Below are positions 9,618-20,162 of a stretch of 64,000 nt of DNA, in pieces. This DNA comes from a candidate division FCPU426 bacterium (lineage in GTDB: Bacteria > Oederibacteriota > Muellerivitia > Muellerivitales > Muellerivitaceae), in NCBI GenBank assembly GCA_963847625.1, contig CAWKAR010000034.1, forward strand, positions 32,001-96,000, in the 5' to 3' direction. Position numbers and translations under genes: made by a program. Numbering within the stretch: the stretch's first letter is position 1; the number at the start of each line of letters is the position of its first letter. The notes under the pieces were generated by a model, which saw only the letters and a program-made list of their open reading frames with translations, was not told the DNA's origin and made no database searches.

Positions 9618-12059
9618 TTACGACTTGATCCGCATGGCGTAGAAGGAGCGCCAGACGAAGATCATGGAAACGATCATGAACGCCACGAATAGAATATGGC
9701 TCGTCCCCGGATCGACCTTCAACGCCAATTCCACAGCCAAGAGCCCGAACAAGGTAGTGAACTTGATAACCGGGTTCATGGCCACCGAGGAGGTGTCCTT
9801 GAAGGGGTCCCCCACGGTGTCTCCCACGACGGTGGCATCGTGCAGGGGTGTTCCCTTCTGTTTCAACTCGGTCTCCACGATCTTTTTCGCGTTGTCCCAG
9901 GCCCCACCCGCGTTGGCCATGAAGATGGCCTGGTAGAGCCCGAAGATCGCGATGGAGATCAGGTAACCGATGAAGAAATAGGAATTCAGGAAGGCGAAGG
10001 CCAGCGTGGCGGTGAAGATGGCCAGGAAGATGTTGAACATGCCCTTCTGGGCGTACTGAGTGCAGATTTCAACCACTCTCTTCGAGTCGGTGATGGAGGC
10101 CTTCTTGGCCCCCGCGCCCAGCTTGATGTTCTTCTTGATGAATTCCACGGCCCTGAAGGCCCCGGTGGAGACCGCCTGGGTCGAGGCGCCGGTGAACCAG
10201 TAAATCATGGCCCCGCCCGCGATGAGCCCCAGGAAAAAGACGGGGTTCAAGAGCGAGAAGTTTCCCGCTACAGCGGCCAATTGGTCCTTGTTAATCATTC
10301 CAACTGTGTTCGAGGCCGACTTGGCTAATAAAACGATGATGGAAAACACCAGAGTCGTGGCTCCCACGACCGCGGTGCCGATCAAGACCGGCTTGGCGGT
10401 GGCCTTGAAGGTATTGCCGCATCCGTCGTTTTCCTCCAGGAAAGCCTTGGCCTGCTCAAAATTGGGCTTGAATCCAAAATCCCTTTCGATTTCTTTTTTG
10501 ATCCCCTTTATGGATTCGATCGTCGAAAGCTCAAACACAGACTGGGCGTTGTCCGTGACCGGCCCATAGGAATCCACCGCAATGGTAACGGGCCCCATGC
10601 CCAGGAAGCCGAAAGCCACCAACCCGAAGGCAAATACCGCGGGTGCCACCATAAAGGCATCCAATCCCTGCATCGCGACGGCTGAGGCGATGGCCATGAG
10701 AGTCATGATGGAAAGGCCGATCCAGTAAGCGGAAAAATTGCCCGCCACAAAACCGGAAAGAATAGTCAGGGAGGGCCCGCCTTCCTTGGCCGATTCCACT
10801 ACTTCTTCCACGTGTTTGGAGTGCATCGACGTGAAAACCTTGACCAATTCCGGGATGATGGCTCCCGCCAGGGTCCCGCAAGTGATGATGGTGGCCAGCT
10901 TCCACCAAAGCGTGCCGTCTCCCATATCAGCGATTAAGAAGTTTGAGACGATATAGGTGAGAGCGATGGAAATAATGGAGGTCAGCCAAACCAGCGTGGT
11001 CAAGGGGGTCTCAAAGTTGAACTTGTCGGACTCCCCATACTGGCCCTTGGCCCAGATATTGTTCAGGGCGTAGGACACCCAAGAGGTGATGATCATCATG
11101 ACGCGCATGACGAAGATCCAGACCAAGAGCTTGATTTGGTTGTTTGGATCTCCCACGGCAAGGAGAATAAAGGTGATGAGGGCCACGCCCGTCACGCCGT
11201 AAGTCTCGAAACCGTCGGCCGTGGGGCCCACCGAGTCGCCGGCGTTGTCGCCCGTGCAATCCGCGATGACTCCCGGGTTGCGCGCGTCGTCTTCCTTGAT
11301 CTTGAAGACGATTTTCATGAGGTCGGAGCCGATGTCCGCGATCTTGGTGAAGATTCCGCCCGCGATCCTCAAGGCCGCCGCGCCCAGCGACTCGCCGATG
11401 GCGAAGCCGATGAAGCAATAGCCCGCCAGGTCGCCCGGCACTTCCAGGAGGATGAAGAGCAGGATGATGAGCTCGATGGCGATCAGGAGCATTCCGATGG
11501 AAATGCCTGCCTTCAGGGGGATGTCATGGGCGGGAAAGGGTTTTCCCTTCAGCGCCGCGAAGGCGGTGCGTGAATTGGCGAAAGTGTTGATCCGGATGCC
11601 GAACCAGGCCACGGTAACCGAACCGGCGATTCCCACCAGGCTGCAGATCAGGATAATGATGACGTTCATGAGGCCCACGGGTTTCAGCCACTGGAAATAC
11701 ACGAAGATGATGGTGCCGATAAAAACCCATAAAAGGATTATGAATTTCATCTGGGTGAGCAGATAGGTCTTGCAAGTCGCATAGATGAGTTCCGAGATTT
11801 CCAGCATCGACTTGTGCACCGGAAGATCGCGGAGGCTCCGGAACATATTGACCCCGAACAGAACCCCCAGGGCACAGATGAACATCCCGATCCAAAGAAG
11901 GGTCCTTCCCTGGATCCCATGGAACGAGATCTGGCTCAAATCCGGGATTTTCAAGTCCGCCTCGCTGGCGAAAGCCGGGGTGGAAAGAATCATGGCCGCA
12001 AAAGCCGCCCCAAACCATCCAAACAGCCGCCGGGCGGTACATCCGAAAATGCGCATCAT
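9618..12059 (-). CDS. hppA: Membrane-bound ion-translocating pyrophosphatase, K+-independent type
   Basis: GGIFTKIADIGSDL, EDDARNPGVIADCTGDNAGD, GGAWDNAKK, GDTVGDPFKDTS, GNTFKATAK. Confidence 0.95.
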   Translation of the reverse strand: MMRIFGCTARRLFGWFGAAFAAMILSTPAFASEADLKIPDLSQISFHGIQGRTLLWIGMFICALGVLFGVNMFRSLRDLPVHKSMLEISELIYATCKTYLLTQMKFIILLWVFIGTIIFVYFQWLKPVGLMNVIIILICSLVGIAGSVTVAWFGIRINTFANSRTAFAALKGKPFPAHDIPLKAGISIGMLLIAIELIILLFILLEVPGDLAGYCFIGFAIGESLGAAALRIAGGIFTKIADIGSDLMKIVFKIKEDDARNPGVIADCTGDNAGDSVGPTADGFETYGVTGVALITFILLAVGDPNNQIKLLVWIFVMRVMMIITSWVSYALNNIWAKGQYGESDKFNFETPLTTLVWLTSIISIALTYIVSNFLIADMGDGTLWWKLATIITCGTLAGAIIPELVKVFTSMHSKHVEEVVESAKEGGPSLTILSGFVAGNFSAYWIGLSIMTLMAIASAVAMQGLDAFMVAPAVFAFGLVAFGFLGMGPVTIAVDSYGPVTDNAQSVFELSTIESIKGIKKEIERDFGFKPNFEQAKAFLEENDGCGNTFKATAKPVLIGTAVVGATTLVFSIIVLLAKSASNTVGMINKDQLAAVAGNFSLLNPVFFLGLIAGGAMIYWFTGASTQAVSTGAFRAVEFIKKNIKLGAGAKKASITDSKRVVEICTQYAQKGMFNIFLAIFTATLAFAFLNSYFFIGYLISIAIFGLYQAIFMANAGGAWDNAKKIVETELKQKGTPLHDATVVGDTVGDPFKDTSSVAMNPVIKFTTLFGLLAVELALKVDPGTSHILFVAFMIVSMIFVWRSFYAMRIKS

Positions 12060-12401
12060 AAGCGATTCCTTTCCCTGCTAAAGGTTTTTACGGCAACGGC
12101 GCATTATTGACAAAAGACATCCTGATTAGGATGACGAGCATCATATCGGAACCCCTAATATTTCGTTCTCTTTACGTTTTATTGGGTGAAATTTTAAATG
12201 CAGATTACAAAAAACATCAATTTCTCCAAAGCTGGCGCCCAAAATCAAAAAAAGGGCCGCAAAACAGGTGAAAGGTGAAAAAAGGAAAACTAAAAAAATA
12301 AGATTTTGGTAAAGACTTTATTGAATGGAGTATTTTGTCATAGGAAAAATCATTTTTCATTAAATTTGGTAATAAAAGGCAGGAAAGAGGGTCTTATTCT
12401 T

Positions 12402-13166
12402 TTAGGGTTGAGGCATATTGAATTGTGTGCTCACCATCCCGTGGAAAGCGATGGAACCGACATGGGTCAGACGGCTTTCCAAATCAATCCAGATTTGCCC
12501 GCCCATATCCGTCCAGCGGCGGCAGAAACTGAAATCCTCGCTTAAATAGGTCCCAGTGTCCTTATCAATGATGCAGTTGAAGAGTGCGCACCGGTACTTA
12601 CTGTTTCTCAGGGGATCATCCGCCTGGTGTTCGCGGTTGTAGGATAAATCCTTGTAACGCTCGACCATCCGCTGGAGGGCATCCCGCTTGATCATGAGGA
12701 ATCCGCATCCGCAATAACGCGCCTTGGCGAATCCGCCCCGGGTCTCAATCCGTTGAGGGTCCTCGAATTCCAGCACGTAGGAAAGGGACGCGGACTCCAA
12801 GGGGACCTTTCCCTCCTTCGCGAAGGAGCTGACTTTCGTCCAGTCGATGCGTTTGGTTGGATAAACCCCCGCCGCCACGTCCACTCCGAAATCCAGGAGG
12901 CGGAAAACCTGCTCGGGGTCGAAAGAAATGTCCGAGTCGATGAAAAGAAGATGGGTGGCCGTGCCGTTTTCCAGGAAATGCGCCGCCAGATCCTGCCGTG
13001 CCCGGGGGATGAGGGCGTCTCCCGAGGGCATCAGAACCGTGAATTCAACATCCCCCCGTTTTTGGCAAGCGTGTAGCAGCCTCAAGAGCGATGTGGCATA
13101 AAGGGAGTTCACTTTGCCGTCCAGGCAGGGGGTTCCGACAACCAAATGGGTTCGAATGTTCGGCAA
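12402..13166 (-). CDS. GT-A-fold glycosyltransferase-like protein
   Basis: RARQDL, THLLFIDSD (DxD), GCGFLMI, YLSEDFSFCRRW, LTHVG. Confidence 0.75.
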   Translation of the reverse strand: MPNIRTHLVVGTPCLDGKVNSLYATSLLRLLHACQKRGDVEFTVLMPSGDALIPRARQDLAAHFLENGTATHLLFIDSDISFDPEQVFRLLDFGVDVAAGVYPTKRIDWTKVSSFAKEGKVPLESASLSYVLEFEDPQRIETRGGFAKARYCGCGFLMIKRDALQRMVERYKDLSYNREHQADDPLRNSKYRCALFNCIIDKDTGTYLSEDFSFCRRWTDMGGQIWIDLESRLTHVGSIAFHGMVSTQFNMPQP

Positions 13167-13396
13167 GAGATAGTCCTTAGTAAGAATGACAGCCCGCCTA
13201 GTTTAACGGATGAATTTCCCCCTGGCAATCAACCGGTCCACCCCACTCCATCCTTGAAAAAAGCCTACCAACCTCAGCCAGTTCTCTCTCCGGGCTATTC
13301 TCCCGAGGCATTGTCAATGGCCTGATTCCGAGTGATTGAGGCTGGTAAGGCTGGGGATCCCCTTGGGATATTCCCCGGTTTCAATGAAATAGGGGC

Positions 13397-13996
13397 CTAC
13401 TTGGAAATCATGAAAAGGGCCAGTTGGGCAAAGAGATTAGGGAAAAAGCGGACGCGCTTGGTCCCGTCCAAAAAGGCTCTTTTCTCGATTCGAATCCCCT
13501 TATTCCGGCAATAGTGGTGGAAATCCGAGATGGAAACCGAGTGCAGGTTGGGAGTCTCATACCACATGAAAGGAAGGGCCTTGGTAACAGGGGTTTTCCC
13601 CAGAAAAAAGATCTGAAGGCGGGATTTATAATAGGTGAAATTGGGAAACCCCACGATGACTTTCTTTCCGACCCGGAGCGCGCTATCCAACGCCCGGTCC
13701 ACATGCAGGATCTGCTGGAAGGTCTGGTCCAGGATGGCGTAATCAAAAGCGCCGTTCTGGTAGTCGGTCAGCCCGCCTTCGATGTCGTCGTGGAAGACGT
13801 TCAGGCCCTTGGCCACGCATTTGTAAATGGCCTGCTCGTCGATTTCCACGCCCTGGCCCTTCACGTTCTTTTCCTTGATGAGGTGGTAAAGCAGTTCCCC
13901 GTCCCCGCACCCCAGGTCCAGCACCGAGCTTCCCGGCTCGATCCACTCCAGGATGACCTTGTGGTCCGGCTCTAATCCGTTAGATTTCGTATTCAT
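13397..13996 (-). CDS. metW: Methionine biosynthesis protein MetW
   Basis: VLDLGCGDG, IVGFPNF, LPFMWYETPNLH; follows metX. Confidence 0.95.
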   Translation of the reverse strand: MNTKSNGLEPDHKVILEWIEPGSSVLDLGCGDGELLYHLIKEKNVKGQGVEIDEQAIYKCVAKGLNVFHDDIEGGLTDYQNGAFDYAILDQTFQQILHVDRALDSALRVGKKVIVGFPNFTYYKSRLQIFFLGKTPVTKALPFMWYETPNLHSVSISDFHHYCRNKGIRIEKRAFLDGTKRVRFFPNLFAQLALFMISK

Positions 13997-15140
13997 CAGT
14001 CACCTGGTACCCGTGGAAGACTTTCTTGAGGAAATGTTTGATCAAATGGGTTTCCTCCGCCACCTCCAGCAGGAAGGCGTCGTGGCCGTAGTTGGAGTCG
14101 ATTTCGCAATAGCTGGCTTGCACCCCGGCGAGCTTGCAGGCCTTGACGATCTCCTGGGACTGGTAGAGTGGATAAAGCCAGTCGGACTTGAACCCGATCA
14201 CCAGCACTTTCAAGTTCTTCCCCCGGAGGGATTGCTGGAAAGGCCTCTCCGCCGAGGCGTCGAAATTGTCCATGGCCTTGGTGATGTAGAGATAGGAATT
14301 GGCGTCGAACCGCTTGACGAAATTGTCGCCGCGATAGCGCAGGTAGCCTTCCACCTCGAAATCCGCCGTGAATTTTTCCGCGCCCGTACGCGCCTTTTTC
14401 TGCCGTCCGAACTTCTCGGCCATGGAGGCGTCGCTCATGTAAGTGATGTGCCCCACCATGCGGGCCACCGAAAGGCCCTTGGCTGGGGACGGACCGCCGT
14501 AATAATTCCCGCCGTTCCAATCCGGATCCGCCATGATGGCCTGTCGTCCCACCTCGTCGAAGGCGATCTGCTGGGGGGAATGCTTGATGGCGGTGGCGAT
14601 GGGGATGGCGCTTTGAAGAGCCTCCGGGTATTTCGCCATCCAGGAAAGAACCTGCATGCCGCCCATGGATCCGCCGGAAAGCGAAAGCAGCTTTCGGATG
14701 CCCAAATGCTCCAAAAGCTGTTTCTGGCAATCCACCATGTCACCGATGCTTACCAGGGGGAAATCCAGGCCGTAAGGCTTGCCGGTCTTCGGGTTGGGGC
14801 TGGAGGGCCCTGTGGAGCCTTTGCAGCCCCCGATGATGTTCGAGCAGACAACGAAGTATTGGTCGGTATCGAAGGCCTTGCCCGGGCCGATCATGTCGTC
14901 CCACCAGCCCGGCTCCTTGTCCCCTTCGTGCCACCCGGCCGCGTGGGCGTCCCCCGAAAAAGCATGCGGGACCAGGATGGCGTTGGACTTCTCCGCGTTC
15001 AGGGTCCCGTAGGTCTCGTAAACCTGCGTGACAGGCCCCAGCCACTCGCCGTTCTCAAGGGTCAGCCCCTCGAACTCGAAGGACTTGGTCTCCACCAAGC
15101 CCAACCCCGGTCCTGCTTGCTTGTCCTCCACTTCGTTCAT
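13980..15140 (-). CDS. metX: Homoserine O-acetyltransferase
   Basis: [30 protein letters not shown]. Confidence 0.96.
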   Translation of the reverse strand: MNEVEDKQAGPGLGLVETKSFEFEGLTLENGEWLGPVTQVYETYGTLNAEKSNAILVPHAFSGDAHAAGWHEGDKEPGWWDDMIGPGKAFDTDQYFVVCSNIIGGCKGSTGPSSPNPKTGKPYGLDFPLVSIGDMVDCQKQLLEHLGIRKLLSLSGGSMGGMQVLSWMAKYPEALQSAIPIATAIKHSPQQIAFDEVGRQAIMADPDWNGGNYYGGPSPAKGLSVARMVGHITYMSDASMAEKFGRQKKARTGAEKFTADFEVEGYLRYRGDNFVKRFDANSYLYITKAMDNFDASAERPFQQSLRGKNLKVLVIGFKSDWLYPLYQSQEIVKACKLAGVQASYCEIDSNYGHDAFLLEVAEETHLIKHFLKKVFHGYQVTDEYEI

Positions 15141-16072
15141 CCTTTCGCCTCCTCAAAAAGCCAGGTGGAAAGATAGCGTTCGCCCGTGTCTGGCACAATC
15201 ACGACAATCATCTTTCCCTTGTTCTCGGGCCGCTTCGCAACTTGGATCGCCGCCCAAACAGCTGCACCGCAGGAAATACCGGCCAGGATTCCTTCTTTCA
15301 GGGCCAGCTGGCGTGCTATATCGCCGGCATTCTCCTGGGTGACCCGGATGACTTCATCGATGATTTCCCGGTTCAGGACCGCGGGGATAAAACCCGCTCC
15401 GAGGCCCTGGATTTTGTGGGGCGCCGGAGACCCGCCTGACAACACCGGCGAGGCGTCGGGTTCCACCGCGATGGCTTTGAAGGAAGGTTTGCGTTTTTTG
15501 ATGACTTCCGCCACTCCCGTGATGGTGCCGCCCGTGCCCACCCCGGAAACAAGGATGTCCACCTTGCCGTCGGTGTCCGCCCAGATTTCTTCCGCCGTGG
15601 TCTTGCGGTGGACTTCCGGATTCGCCGGATTGTTGAATTGCTGGGGAATGAAGCTGTTGGGAGTCGTCTTGGCCAGTTCCTCGGCTTTCTCGATCGCCCC
15701 TTTCATTCCCTTCGGCCCTTCGGTTAAGACCAGCTCGGCGCCTAAAATTTTCAAGAGCTGACGTCTCTCCAAACTCATGGTTTCCGGCATGGTGAGGATG
15801 AGCTTGTATCCCTTGGCGGCGGCGACGAATGCCAGGCCGATTCCCGTGTTGCCGCTGGTAGGCTCAATGATAACGGAGTCCTTCTTGAGAACGCCGCGCT
15901 TTTCGGCGTCCTCGATCATCGCCAGGCCTATGCGGTCCTTCACGCTGGACAAGGGATTGAAGGATTCCAGCTTGGCCAGCACGGTCGCCACCGTCCCCTC
16001 GGCGATCCGGTTCAGCCGCACCAAGGGGGTACGGCCGATGGTCTTGGTTATATCTTCGTATATTTTAGCCAT
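15137..16072 (-). CDS. cysK: Cysteine synthase A
   Basis: [42 protein letters not shown]. Confidence 0.97.
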   Translation of the reverse strand: MAKIYEDITKTIGRTPLVRLNRIAEGTVATVLAKLESFNPLSSVKDRIGLAMIEDAEKRGVLKKDSVIIEPTSGNTGIGLAFVAAAKGYKLILTMPETMSLERRQLLKILGAELVLTEGPKGMKGAIEKAEELAKTTPNSFIPQQFNNPANPEVHRKTTAEEIWADTDGKVDILVSGVGTGGTITGVAEVIKKRKPSFKAIAVEPDASPVLSGGSPAPHKIQGLGAGFIPAVLNREIIDEVIRVTQENAGDIARQLALKEGILAGISCGAAVWAAIQVAKRPENKGKMIVVIVPDTGERYLSTWLFEEAKG

Positions 16073-16080
16073 GTTTCACC

Positions 16081-17394
<1,314 letters not shown>

Positions 17395-17517
17395 TCATAT
17401 GTAGGCCCAGGATTATTTCCTGGGGTCTTGCCGGATTTTCCAGTGGACTGGTAAATCGACATTTTGCAGGTTAATCATGGGTCCGGTTCGTCCGGTCCCG
17501 TTTTCATTTCCCAAAAA

Positions 17518-17706
17518 CTAAATACCGGCTCCCCCTTCCAATTTCCAAACGTCATCGAAGCGTTTGCGTTCCGTCACCTCGATTTGGATGATTTTTGATT
17601 CATGGACCTTAATGGTGACCACCCCATACTCCAGGGACCCGACCGCGTTCCCAATGTCCCGGAGGATGGAATCATTCAGTAATTTCTTGTTTCCTTCCCG
17701 AGTCAT
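17518..17706 (-). CDS. YezD/DUF2292 (OscA-like) small protein
   Basis: LEYGVVTIKVHESKIIQIEVTERKRF; GGGGAG RBS; first gene of the sulfur operon. Confidence 0.85.
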   Translation of the reverse strand: MTREGNKKLLNDSILRDIGNAVGSLEYGVVTIKVHESKIIQIEVTERKRFDDVWKLEGGAGI

Positions 17707-17725
17707 TGGCTTCTCCCCTTTTTCT

Positions 17726-17855
17726 AAAAAAAATCCCAAACCACTTTGGAGCGGTTTGGGATTATGAAAGTCTCAATAATCTTTCGCCGCTTTAGCACCC
17801 TGTTTTTCCATTTTTGACGGGAAACCGCAAAATGGAACCGGCCGGAGCAAGTTGG
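17726..17855 (-). ncRNA. Candidate riboswitch/attenuator, proximal copy, with terminator
   Basis: CCAACTTGCTCCGGC, hairpin, AACAGGGTGCTAAAGCGGCGAAAG..GAGAC, then AATCCCAAACCGCT/AGTGGTTTGGGATT stem and U-tract. Confidence 0.75.
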
Positions 17856-18023
17856 TTCAATAAAGGGTGTTCCAATCATTCAATTACTAGTTGGAATCAC
17901 CCTGAATTGCCAGGGGTGAGAAAAAAATATTTCAATTTTTTCCCGAAAAAGCCTTCATTTTCGGCTTTTCATCCGCCTGTTAAAGTCACGCCGTAAAACC
18001 TTCGTTTTAAAATTTTCTGCCGC

Positions 18024-18158
18024 AAAACAAAAAACCCGCGTCGCTTTTTAAGCGGCTCGGGTTTAGGAGTGTCTCGTAAACTTTTACCGCTTTAGCTCCC
18101 TGTTGATCCCGTCTCCTTGAAAGCTTCGTCAAGGGCGGGAAACGCCGGGGCAAGTTGG
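18024..18158 (-). ncRNA. Candidate riboswitch/attenuator, distal copy, with terminator
   Basis: CCAACTTGCCCCGGC, hairpin, AACAGGGAGCTAAAGCGGTAAAAG..GAGAC, then AAACCCGAGCCGCT/AGCGACGCGGGTTT stem and U-tract. Confidence 0.75.
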
Positions 18159-18188
18159 ACCTTAACGCCTCGCGTTTAACTTGATTGA

Positions 18189-18217
18189 AGTCTACCGTTG
18201 GGTCAAAGATTTGTCAA
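18189..18217 (-). promoter_or_regulatory. sigma70-type promoter of the sulfur operon
   Basis: TTGACA-17 nt-TAGACT, about 30 nt upstream of the distal leader element. Confidence 0.8.
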
Positions 18218-18275
18218 CGGCTGGACAAATTATTTATGTCGAATTTTAATTTCACTACTCAGGAATAAAAAGTAA

Positions 18276-18572
18276 CTAAGTTTCGCTTTCGGAACCGCCT
18301 TCCAGGATTTCCATGGTTTTCTCTAGGAAACCGTCAGGCAGGACGCGTTTTTTCCTGGCCCTTATCCAATCCCGGGCCCACATTGAATGGCGATTCAGGA
18401 AGTTTAAATCCGCTTGATCCAAGCGGCTCAACCAATCCTCAAAAGATTGATAATCCATGGAGCCGTCCGGCCTCAATAATGAATTTTTCGCTTTGGCGTA
18501 CTCCGAATTAGTTACCCGGATTTCCGCCGGTAGGGTTCCCGTCCGAATCAAACAACGCGAAGGTTCCATCAT
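18276..18572 (-). CDS. Possible small hypothetical protein, start uncertain
   Basis: Fills the gap after the 18508-19707 gene but overlaps its end. Confidence 0.3.
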   Translation of the reverse strand: MMEPSRCLIRTGTLPAEIRVTNSEYAKAKNSLLRPDGSMDYQSFEDWLSRLDQADLNFLNRHSMWARDWIRARKKRVLPDGFLEKTMEILEGGSESET

Positions 18573-19707
18573 TATATTCCAGCATCACCTGCAGGGGTTT
18601 GCCGTTGCTGGTGTTGGAAAATTTCACCTTCGTGACGTTCGAACCCAGGAAAGCCGGTTTGTTATCCACCCCCACGTCCGCCGTGTCATAGAGGAACGCG
18701 TCGTTCCCGACGACTTTAACCATCCGGGACCCATCCTGGCTTCGGTATTCCATGGAGGCGGTTCCGCCCGGCATTTCCGTGTTGGTGGAAGTAGAGGGAA
18801 CATAACTACCGTTGTTATAAACGCACACAACTTCCGCGCGAGAAGGATCGTTCCACCACCAATTACCCCCCCACCAGTAGCACCACCTAAAGGAAACCGG
18901 GTCGTACCACCACCAATAATTATTCCAGTGACGGGTCCAGAAATAGGAGCCGCCGACGTACCAGCCATACCAGTGGTAACCCCAGGGGTCGTAGTAATGG
19001 CAGTAGTTGAAACCGTTGTAGGAATGCCAGTAATAATTATTCCTTACGAGTTCAACGTTGTTAAAATTGGTGATCTGGGCCCTGAAGGCGATGTTCGTGT
19101 TAACCAGGCTCATATGGTTCCGAACCACCAAGTTATTCATGGCCCGAGGCTCGATGAGGGTGGCGTGCAAGGGACGGCCCTGGGGACCTGAGGTGGGATA
19201 GGCAATTTTCGAATGTGCCCGGTCAGCCTGGAGAATTTGATGTTGATCCTTAAAAGCCGGCGGAAGTTTTTTCACGCCCATACGCTGAAGGGAGGGATTG
19301 ATCCGCCCCGCCGCGGAATTTTGGCTGTGTTTGAATCCAGCCCCCGCATTCATCGAGGGATTTTTCCCTGAAGGAACGGGCCGGGACGCGTTGTTAAAAT
19401 GGTGAAGGGCCGGAGCGCTCTTCATAGCCCCCGAAGTATTCTGGTTTCCACGGGGGGAGTTATTAAAATGATGCCCTCCTGAAGCCGGAGCGGCTTGGAA
19501 ATGGGCGCCTCCAGTTTTTCGATTTTGGAAATTCCCGCGGGGTTTGGCTGGGCGGGCTTTCTTAGGGGACTTCTGGTAATGACCCTTTCCTCCTCCCGAC
19601 TTGATCCCCCCCCCGCCTTCATCGCCATTGCGTTTTAAATCTTGTCCCTGCGCGGGAAAACTGACCGCCAAGAAAAGAATCGCTAAAACCGCCCATGTCT
19701 TGTTCAT
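18508..19707 (-). CDS. Secreted protein with low-complexity N-terminus and Trp/Tyr-rich segment
   Basis: Signal peptide, AAGGTGG RBS, YHWYGWY..YWWWYD..WCYWWGGNWWW. Confidence 0.8.
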   Translation of the reverse strand: MNKTWAVLAILFLAVSFPAQGQDLKRNGDEGGGGIKSGGGKGHYQKSPKKARPAKPRGNFQNRKTGGAHFQAAPASGGHHFNNSPRGNQNTSGAMKSAPALHHFNNASRPVPSGKNPSMNAGAGFKHSQNSAAGRINPSLQRMGVKKLPPAFKDQHQILQADRAHSKIAYPTSGPQGRPLHATLIEPRAMNNLVVRNHMSLVNTNIAFRAQITNFNNVELVRNNYYWHSYNGFNYCHYYDPWGYHWYGWYVGGSYFWTRHWNNYWWWYDPVSFRWCYWWGGNWWWNDPSRAEVVCVYNNGSYVPSTSTNTEMPGGTASMEYRSQDGSRMVKVVGNDAFLYDTADVGVDNKPAFLGSNVTKVKFSNTSNGKPLQVMLEYNDGTFALFDSDGNPTGGNPGN

Positions 19708-20162
19708 AGTTTTTCCACCTTGATTTTTTCTATTCTCACCATAGATTCATGGCGTCATCCGGAAAACCTCTATCTCATTCTTTGCCTATTTAGACGATTG
19801 AAAGAGCCTGGTAGTTTCGGTGAGCAGATCGAGACAGGTTTGAAAACCCTTTAAAAATCGACCACACTCGCTATTGTTTATATGAAATCGTCTTATCAAG
19901 GCAGTTATAACCTTTAGAAATATCTTGCTTATCATACGTCATTCAACAATCCAGGGAGTTATTAAAAAGTCGCTAGAGGCCGAACTGGCATTTCCTTTCT
20001 TTGGTCAGATGGACATATTACGAACCGATTCATTCCGCGTTAATTTTTTAAAGCCCCCCTGGCGGTGAAAGAGGAAAAGTTTCTTTAGGCATTGTTGTTT
20101 CAATATTTCCTTTTAAGTTATAATACGACCCGCTCTCATAACCGAAAGGATCATCAAGACTC

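Noticed and set aside
12060..12400. Na+/Li+ riboswitch upstream of hppA
   Set aside because: Only a short CATCCT/AGGATG dyad; no recognisable aptamer.
13953..15176. 407-aa plus-strand ORF
   Set aside because: Antisense to metX, with no motifs of its own.
17726..18158. Canonical SAM-I or T-box leader
   Set aside because: No AUCAAGAG/GCAACC SAM-I core and no UGGNACC T-box bulge seen by eye; cmscan is still needed.
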